The notes below the pieces were generated by a model that was given only the letters and a program-made list of their open reading frames with translations, was not told where the DNA came from and did not search any database. A program made the translations under genes and the position numbers. Source: a virus (lineage: Duplodnaviria > Caudoviricetes). Taken from it: a stretch of DNA of 64,000 nt. Within the stretch, counting starts at the first letter, position 1. Each line of letters begins with the position of its first letter. The stretch lies in the IMG/VR virus record IMGVR_UViG_3300008262_003210, one strand, 5' to 3'. Of the stretch, positions 58,045-64,000 are shown piece by piece.

Positions 58045-59637
58045 ATGGCAAAATCACTAGAAGGCGTCTTAATTAAAAAGGCGCATAAACAAGAAAAGTT
58101 TACAGAAGCGCAAGTTCAGGACTTGCTAATGTGTGCCGACCCAGTTGAAGGTTACATGCACTTTGTCACAAACTTTTTTCATATACAGCATCCAACAAAA
58201 GGTAAGATAAAATTTGAACCTTTTGAATATCAAAATAGACTACTACACAGTTATCACGATTATCGTTTTAACATCAACATGATGCCACGTCAAAGTGGTA
58301 AGACTACTTGTGCTGCAGGTTACTTGTTATGGTATGCTATGTTTCATCCAGATCAAACTATTCTAGTAGCCGCACACAAATATACAGGTGCTCAAGAAAT
58401 TATGCAACGTATTCGTTACGGATATGAATTGTGTGCCGATTATGTTCGTTGTGGCGTTACTAGTTACAACAAGGGTTCAATTGAATTTGACAACGGCAGT
58501 CGTATTGTAAGTCAAACAACAACAGGGACAACAGGTCGTGGTATGTCTATATCACTACTATACTGTGATGAGTTTGCGTTTGTACAACCTAATATTGCTG
58601 AAGAATTTTGGACTTCAATCAGCCCTACACTAGCAACTGGTGGTAAGGCTATTATTACATCAACTCCTAACAGCGACGAAGATACCTTTGCAAATATTTG
58701 GAAGGAAAGTCAAGATTTATACGACGAGTACGGCAATACACGAGAAGATGAGATTGGTCGGAATGGCTTTCATGGATTCCGTGCAGAATGGCACGAACAC
58801 CCAGATCGAGATGAAAACTGGAAAAAAGAGGAACTAGGACGTATTGGCGAAGAACGATTCCGTCGTGAATACGGTTGTGAATTCTTGGTTTTTGACGAGA
58901 CACTAGTAAGCTCGCTAAAATTAATTGATATGGTGGGACGAGATCCGTTATTCAAGATGGGGCAAGTTAGATGGTATAAAAAACCTATACCAGGAATGCT
59001 TTATCTAGTAGCATTAGATCCTTGTTTAGGAACAGGTGGCGACTATGCCGGTATACAAGTTTTTGAATTACCCAGCTTTGTACAAGTCGCAGAATGGCAA
59101 CACAATATCACACCTATACAGGGACAGGTTAAAATATTTAGAGACGTACTAAAACATATTTTAGAAGAAGTTGGACAAGACAACAGCAACAGCATTTATT
59201 ATAGTGTAGAAAATAACACAGTAGGAGAAGCGGCGCTGGTTGTTATACAAGATCTTGGAGAAGACACATTTCCAGGAATGTTTGTAAGCGAGCCGCAACG
59301 AAAGGGTCATGTACGTAAATTCCGTAAAGGATTTAACACAACGCATTCATCTAAAATTAGTGCCTGCTCAAGACTTAAATATCTAGTTGAAGAAGATAAA
59401 ATGAAGATTTACAGTAGAACGTTAATCAGTGAACTTAAAACATTTATTGCTCAGGGCGTCAGCTTCAAAGCCAAAGACGGACAGCACGACGACCTGGTTT
59501 CTGCGCTTCTTTTAGTGGTGCGTATGAGTGTGGTTCTAGCAGATTGGGATCCTAAGGTGTTCGAGCTTATGAGCGTAAATGACGAATTTAACGATGACTG
59601 GGAGCCACCGCTTCCGATATTCGTTTCTGGTTTGTGA
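58045..59637 (+). CDS. terL: Terminase large subunit (T4 gp17-like, about 530 aa; start re-called at MAKS)
   Basis: Walker A MPRQSGKTT; Walker B LLYCDEFAF; ITSTP; F.REY.CEF; nuclease ALDP..G.G.DY, VENN..G, HDDLV.A. Confidence 0.95.
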   Translation: MAKSLEGVLIKKAHKQEKFTEAQVQDLLMCADPVEGYMHFVTNFFHIQHPTKGKIKFEPFEYQNRLLHSYHDYRFNINMMPRQSGKTTCAAGYLLWYAMFHPDQTILVAAHKYTGAQEIMQRIRYGYELCADYVRCGVTSYNKGSIEFDNGSRIVSQTTTGTTGRGMSISLLYCDEFAFVQPNIAEEFWTSISPTLATGGKAIITSTPNSDEDTFANIWKESQDLYDEYGNTREDEIGRNGFHGFRAEWHEHPDRDENWKKEELGRIGEERFRREYGCEFLVFDETLVSSLKLIDMVGRDPLFKMGQVRWYKKPIPGMLYLVALDPCLGTGGDYAGIQVFELPSFVQVAEWQHNITPIQGQVKIFRDVLKHILEEVGQDNSNSIYYSVENNTVGEAALVVIQDLGEDTFPGMFVSEPQRKGHVRKFRKGFNTTHSSKISACSRLKYLVEEDKMKIYSRTLISELKTFIAQGVSFKAKDGQHDDLVSALLLVVRMSVVLADWDPKVFELMSVNDEFNDDWEPPLPIFVSGL

Positions 59638-59643
59638 TAAATA
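59636..59643 (+). promoter_or_regulatory. Late promoter-like GATAAATA
   Basis: Overlaps the terL stop, 4 nt before ATG 59648. Confidence 0.6.
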
Positions 59644-59647
59644 TAAC

Positions 59648-62599
59648 ATGGACTCAAATTTAAACAAAATAGCGCAAGATTTGTATGGAAAAATACAAAC
59701 TCGCTTTAAAGACATTAATATCGGTGACGAAAACGCCGAAGTATTGAGCAAAAAGGAAGATATTCCTAGAGCCCGTTTTTTCGAATTTGAATACGAAGAA
59801 GACGGCGAATCACTAGGAACTATTGCCATTACGCTTGATCCTGAAGACGGAATTGTCATGCAAGTAAGTGGCGATTTAGTCGACGACGAAAGCAAAAGTA
59901 CTAGACACAGAGCTTTTAAATTCATTAGAGGCTTTAGACAATTTGCTAAAGATAGACTTTTAAATTTTGATGTACAAAATATCGGAAAAAGTAATCTTGA
60001 TAAAAGAGATTATGAATTTCAGGCCAAACGTAAGGAAATGCCAATTATGCCCGCAATTATGGAAAATAAACTCTATGGTAATAACAGGGTAAGTTACCAA
60101 GATTTAGGTGACACACGTCTTATTATTAAACACAGCCAACAAATCAACATGGATTTGCCCGCTGGCAGGACTATGCATATTGAAAGCATTTATATTGAAA
60201 ATAATCAAGGCGAACGATTTAAATATCCTTATAGACACATTAATGGTGCTCGCGCTCTTGCAGAGCACATTGGTCATGGCGGAAATCCTTATGATAACAT
60301 TGGCCGTCATATTTGTGGTTTGAGTGAAGAACTAGCTGGATTAAGAAAATTTAAAGGGTATGTTAGCCGCCAAGAACAATTGAGCGAAGCAATGTCTTCA
60401 GTTACTGAGCGTGTTATTAATCGCATTGAAGAAATTAAAGAAACAATCAATAAATTACAAAGAACTTCTTACTATGAAGAATTTGTTGAAAATTTCCAAG
60501 AACAAGATGAACAAATGATTCCAGAAGAAGTTCAAAACGATTTAATTGACCGTTTAACTATTCGTACATTTAATGAAGAATTAAAATCAGTATTTCCATA
60601 TATCTATAAATTTGTAGACGAAAATGAATTACCAGTTGTTGAATTAACAGCAGACGATATTCTTGAAGATAACAATGAGAAATGTGACGACTGTGGAGAA
60701 CCAGTTGCAGATTGCGAATGCCCAGGACACGAACATAAAACCGACGAGTCATTTGATATTGAAAAACAGTTTGAGTCTTATATTGACGATTTAGTAAATG
60801 AAGATAAAAACGAAATTCTAAGCCCAAACGAAGGTGCAAAGTCAGCTGCTATTGAAAAATTAAACGATATATTGGCACAAAATTTGCAAGTAGGGCCTAA
60901 CGGCGACAACGCTGTTATGACGCTAAAGGGTCTAATCGATCATCCTTCGTTTATCGAAGCAGTCAAATCAGTTCCTGCTGAAACTGACTTAAATGATATT
61001 ATTCGAGGTTGGATAGAAACAGAACACGAAGATTTGTTAGACCAACTTACTTTTCCATCAGACGAAAATGCGTCAGCACCTGAGGCACCGCCAGAACCTG
61101 CTCCAGCGGAACCTGCTCCAGCTCCAGCGGAACCTGCACCACCAGCGCCAGCAGCCGGAGAAGTTCCTCCTGAATTAGCAGAACCTGCGGCAGATGCCGG
61201 GCTTCCAGCAAATCCTGCTCCTCCAGCACCTGTCGCTGAGGCAAAGAAAGACGACAGTCCTCCTTGGGATGTTGATCCAAAAGATAAAAAATCTAAACCT
61301 GTAACTCCAGGAAAGCACGGACAAGGATATAGTCAAGCACGACATCTTGCACGTCAGGGCATGGCCAATGCAATGAAAAAAGCTAAAGATGCTGGTGCAA
61401 CTTTAGAAACACAACTTGATTTAGGCGATGGTATTAAGACTATTGCTGAAATTATTAAAGATTGTGGAATGAAACCTACAGATTTTGGTTTTGAAACTCC
61501 AACAGAAGGCGGCTTAGAAGGAATGTTAAAATTTGTAAGCGGCTTTTATGATACAAAAACTGGCAAGTTTCCGCTTGGAGCAATGCGTATTAAGATTAAA
61601 CTAAAGAAAGCATTTGAAGACGGAATGTTTGACGGAGCAACAGAAGAAGATCTAATTAAAGTTCTAAAATTTATTGACATGAAGGATCCAGGCGGAGATG
61701 AGTCTGATCGAATCATGCAACTAGCTGGAATTGAAAAAAAAACTGGTAGGACAGGATTTGACGTCGGTGCGTTAGAAGACCAAATGAATCAAATGTCTTT
61801 GCAGTTTAATGAATCGCTTAAAGAATATGTGGCGGTTCAACCTAATACTCAAAATGCAAGCCAAGTACCGTCGGCGGCAGAACCTGCTGCAACAAACACA
61901 GCACCAGCTAGTAGTATGATGTCTGGCAGAGATATTATGGGGCGCCCTGTAATGAAAGGCAGTCCAAACGATATTACTAGCAATGGAGCAACTCCTCCAG
62001 CACCTGCTCCGGCACCTGCTGATGCGCCACCCGCACCTGCTCCGGCACCTGCTGATGCGCCACCCGCACCTGCTCCAGCACCTACAGCTCCAAAAAATAG
62101 AGATTCTATGACATTTGGTCAAGCATTTGCAGATGCTCGTAAATTAGGAGAAAAAACTTTTCCTTGGAGAGGTAAGCAATACGGTACTCAACTAGCATCA
62201 CAACAATCACGACAAGTTGCTACACAACCTGGCGAACCTAAAACTGCATATAGAGATCCGGATCAAGGAGGTCAGGGAGGTCAGAACGCTTTATGGTTAA
62301 ATCAAAAATTTCCTAAGGCACAGCCTGGTCAAGAATATTGGGTAAAAGGTACTAGATACGAAAAAGGTGCCGATGGATGGTATAGAACTTTTGAAAAGAG
62401 TGATTGGTTTGCTAAACCTATCAATCGTCAAGCTTCTAATTTAGGCTATACTGGACCAACTGACGATGCTTCAATGCAAGCGTGGGTTGCAAAAAATAGA
62501 CCAAAGCAACAGGTAACTCAAGCAGATATTCCAATATATGAAGAGTCCACTGGTTATGACGAAGTTCAACGATTAATTAGTTTAGTACACCATAGATAA
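59648..62599 (+). CDS. Large hypothetical protein with acidic and Pro/Ala-rich linkers (about 983 aa; start re-called at MDSNL)
   Basis: Globular N-terminal region (R.I..I...N..GERF.YP..H..GARA.A.H...GG.PYD..G..I), PAP/APA tracts and a C-terminal mosaic tail. Confidence 0.75.
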   Translation: MDSNLNKIAQDLYGKIQTRFKDINIGDENAEVLSKKEDIPRARFFEFEYEEDGESLGTIAITLDPEDGIVMQVSGDLVDDESKSTRHRAFKFIRGFRQFAKDRLLNFDVQNIGKSNLDKRDYEFQAKRKEMPIMPAIMENKLYGNNRVSYQDLGDTRLIIKHSQQINMDLPAGRTMHIESIYIENNQGERFKYPYRHINGARALAEHIGHGGNPYDNIGRHICGLSEELAGLRKFKGYVSRQEQLSEAMSSVTERVINRIEEIKETINKLQRTSYYEEFVENFQEQDEQMIPEEVQNDLIDRLTIRTFNEELKSVFPYIYKFVDENELPVVELTADDILEDNNEKCDDCGEPVADCECPGHEHKTDESFDIEKQFESYIDDLVNEDKNEILSPNEGAKSAAIEKLNDILAQNLQVGPNGDNAVMTLKGLIDHPSFIEAVKSVPAETDLNDIIRGWIETEHEDLLDQLTFPSDENASAPEAPPEPAPAEPAPAPAEPAPPAPAAGEVPPELAEPAADAGLPANPAPPAPVAEAKKDDSPPWDVDPKDKKSKPVTPGKHGQGYSQARHLARQGMANAMKKAKDAGATLETQLDLGDGIKTIAEIIKDCGMKPTDFGFETPTEGGLEGMLKFVSGFYDTKTGKFPLGAMRIKIKLKKAFEDGMFDGATEEDLIKVLKFIDMKDPGGDESDRIMQLAGIEKKTGRTGFDVGALEDQMNQMSLQFNESLKEYVAVQPNTQNASQVPSAAEPAATNTAPASSMMSGRDIMGRPVMKGSPNDITSNGATPPAPAPAPADAPPAPAPAPADAPPAPAPAPTAPKNRDSMTFGQAFADARKLGEKTFPWRGKQYGTQLASQQSRQVATQPGEPKTAYRDPDQGGQGGQNALWLNQKFPKAQPGQEYWVKGTRYEKGADGWYRTFEKSDWFAKPINRQASNLGYTGPTDDASMQAWVAKNRPKQQVTQADIPIYEESTGYDEVQRLISLVHHR
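62000..62076 (+). repeat. Perfect 33-bp tandem repeat (about 2.3 copies) encoding APAPAPADAPP
   Basis: GCACCTGCTCCGGCACCTGCTGATGCGCCACCC at 62000 and 62033, partial third copy at 62066. Confidence 0.9.
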
Positions 62600-62603
62600 C
62601 AAT

Positions 62604-63431
62604 ATGGATCTGCTTACAGTAACTTGTAGTCACGACAAGTTACAAATGCTGTTACAAGCAGAAAGCATACAAAAATTTTTAAGTCCTTGTACTCACTGGG
62701 TTGTAATAGACGACCCAGTAATTTCTATAGAAGAGTGGTCATCTCTATTATCTCCGTATTATACAAAACACAAGCTAATAATAGTTGATGGATTCAAAAT
62801 AAATTCTAATTTTAATAATAACAAAGGCGGATGGGTACGACAACAGTATCATAAATTTGCTGCTTTTGAGTACATTAAAAACGACTACCTAATACTTGAC
62901 TCAAAGAATTTTTTTATTAAAGAAACTAACATTGATGAATGGAATTCAACAATAGGCAACGGTTCACAAACAGATTTCTATAATAATCATAACTGGGGTG
63001 ATACAGTAATAGAATACGCAAAGTATCTTGACGTTCCTGTAAATTTTCAACATCTATCAATTTTAACTCCTTTTGTTTTTCACAAAAATATTTTAGAAAC
63101 TATTCCAGATTATCAGAAATTTTTAGATTATTTTTCTAATCAGTCAGTCATCGAAAGTGAATTTATGCTTTACTCTACACTACTGTACAAACTAGATAAG
63201 TTCCCAAAAGAATTTGAAAAAATGCCAAAATTTTGCCTACTCACCAGTGATTTTAATTTAAAAGCAGATCAGCTGTTACCTTATTTTTTTGATAAAGAAC
63301 ATGTGAAGGTGGCTGGCATACACCGTTCGTTATTATATCAGTTCAATTACGAAAACAAAGTATTTCTTTCTAGCTGGCTCAACAAAAAGGGGCTGTTTGT
63401 TAATGTTTTTGGTGAAAAAATCCACATTTAG
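62604..63431 (+). CDS. Glycosyltransferase-like protein (DUF6492-like), 275 aa
   Basis: L..VT...D...M.LQA.S; GW.RQQ..K; Y..LDSKNFF (DxD-like position); E..LY. Confidence 0.5.
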   Translation: MDLLTVTCSHDKLQMLLQAESIQKFLSPCTHWVVIDDPVISIEEWSSLLSPYYTKHKLIIVDGFKINSNFNNNKGGWVRQQYHKFAAFEYIKNDYLILDSKNFFIKETNIDEWNSTIGNGSQTDFYNNHNWGDTVIEYAKYLDVPVNFQHLSILTPFVFHKNILETIPDYQKFLDYFSNQSVIESEFMLYSTLLYKLDKFPKEFEKMPKFCLLTSDFNLKADQLLPYFFDKEHVKVAGIHRSLLYQFNYENKVFLSSWLNKKGLFVNVFGEKIHI

Positions 63432-63444
63432 AGCAATATTTCTC

Positions 63445-63473
63445 TTGCTCTGCTAAATAAAAACGCATACAAT
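63445..63473 (+). promoter_or_regulatory. Sigma70-type promoter with embedded late motif upstream of SSB
   Basis: TTGCTC(63445-63450)-N17-TACAAT(63468-63473), with CTAAATA (63453-63459) in the spacer. Confidence 0.6.
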
Positions 63474-63552
63474 AACACGTATGCGTTTTTTGTTGAAAGG
63501 TTTCAACAAATAAAGGCAAATAAAAGCAAAGGCATATTAAAGGAGAAATATT

Positions 63553-64000
63553 ATGGCAACTTTGGCTGAAATTAGAGCAAAACTTAAGGCATCTGAATCA
63601 AAAGGTTCAGGAGAAAGAACAAGCGGAGACAATTCAATATATCCGTTTTGGAATCTCAAAGAAGGCGGTGAATCCGTACTTCGTTTCTTACCCGATGGTA
63701 ACACTGACAACACATTTTTCTGGGTTGAACGTGCAATGATCAAACTGCCATTCGCTGGCGTCAAGGGTGAATCAGAAAGCAAACCAACTATTGTACAAGT
63801 ACCATGCATGGAAATGTATGGAGACTCTTGCCCAATCCTGAATGAAGTTCGCGGTTGGTTCAAGGACCCAGCATTGGAAGATATGGGTCGTAAATACTGG
63901 AAAAAGCGTTCATACATTTTCCAAGGCTTCGTTGCTGAAGATGGTCTGAAAGAAGAAAGTCATCCAGAAAATCCAATTCGCCGATTTATCATCGGCCCAC
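63553..64000 (+). CDS. gp32: Single-stranded DNA-binding protein, T4 gp32-like (3'-truncated; absent from ORF track)
   Basis: Translated by hand from ATG 63553 after AAGGAG: MATLAEIRAKLK...YPFWN...LRFLPDG...FW.ER..I..PF.G...VPC.EMY...CP...EV..WF.D....GRKYWKKRSYIFQG.V.....PENPIRRFIIGP. Confidence 0.85.
   Translation, partial: MATLAEIRAKLKASESKGSGERTSGDNSIYPFWNLKEGGESVLRFLPDGNTDNTFFWVERAMIKLPFAGVKGESESKPTIVQVPCMEMYGDSCPILNEVRGWFKDPALEDMGRKYWKKRSYIFQGFVAEDGLKEESHPENPIRRFIIGP

Noticed and set aside
58045-59637. Intron or intein in terL
   Set aside because: ORF is continuous, of normal length, with motifs in expected order and no intein signatures.
63537-63917. Minus-strand ORF of 126 aa
   Set aside because: Antisense to the gp32-like gene, which has strong motifs and an RBS.
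1-64000. Stop-codon reassignment, as in some jumbo phages
   Set aside because: Genes up to 11 kb are open and tightly packed under the standard code, with normal TAA/TGA/TAG ends.
1-64000. tRNA or rRNA genes
   Set aside because: Intergenic gaps are short and no cloverleaf with T-loop/D-loop consensus was seen by eye; tRNAscan-SE would confirm.

Overview
This is a 64 kb segment of a large T4-like myovirus (probably jumbo class) carrying the virion morphogenesis region. 1-31.3 kb (+): giant mosaic virion/tail-appendage proteins (1878, 2900 and 3671 aa), three tandem Gly-rich tail-fibre paralogs and a probable fibre chaperone. 31.3-44.7 kb (-): a gap-free 18-gene enzyme array of 12 Fe(II)/2OG-type dioxygenases, 3 flavin-dependent tryptophan-halogenase homologs, 2 paralogous dUTPase-fold-like proteins and 1 small Cys-rich protein. 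This array directly follows Nudix, gp15-like and gp14-like genes and appears to be read from a T4-type late promoter. 48-64 kb (+): gp13-like neck, dNMP kinase, antisense HNH gene, enlarged tail sheath, tail tube and tube-like proteins, gp4-like head completion nuclease, probable TerS, TerL, a Pro/Ala-rich protein, a glycosyltransferase-like protein and the 5' part of a gp32-like SSB. (G/C)(A/T)AAATA late-promoter motifs, two sigma70-type promoters and terminators are visible. No tRNA, rRNA or CRISPR array was seen. The best candidate for an undescribed system is the late-expressed oxygenase/halogenase array, possibly a virion-protein modification system; that role is inference. All family assignments come from motif recognition by eye, not database searches.
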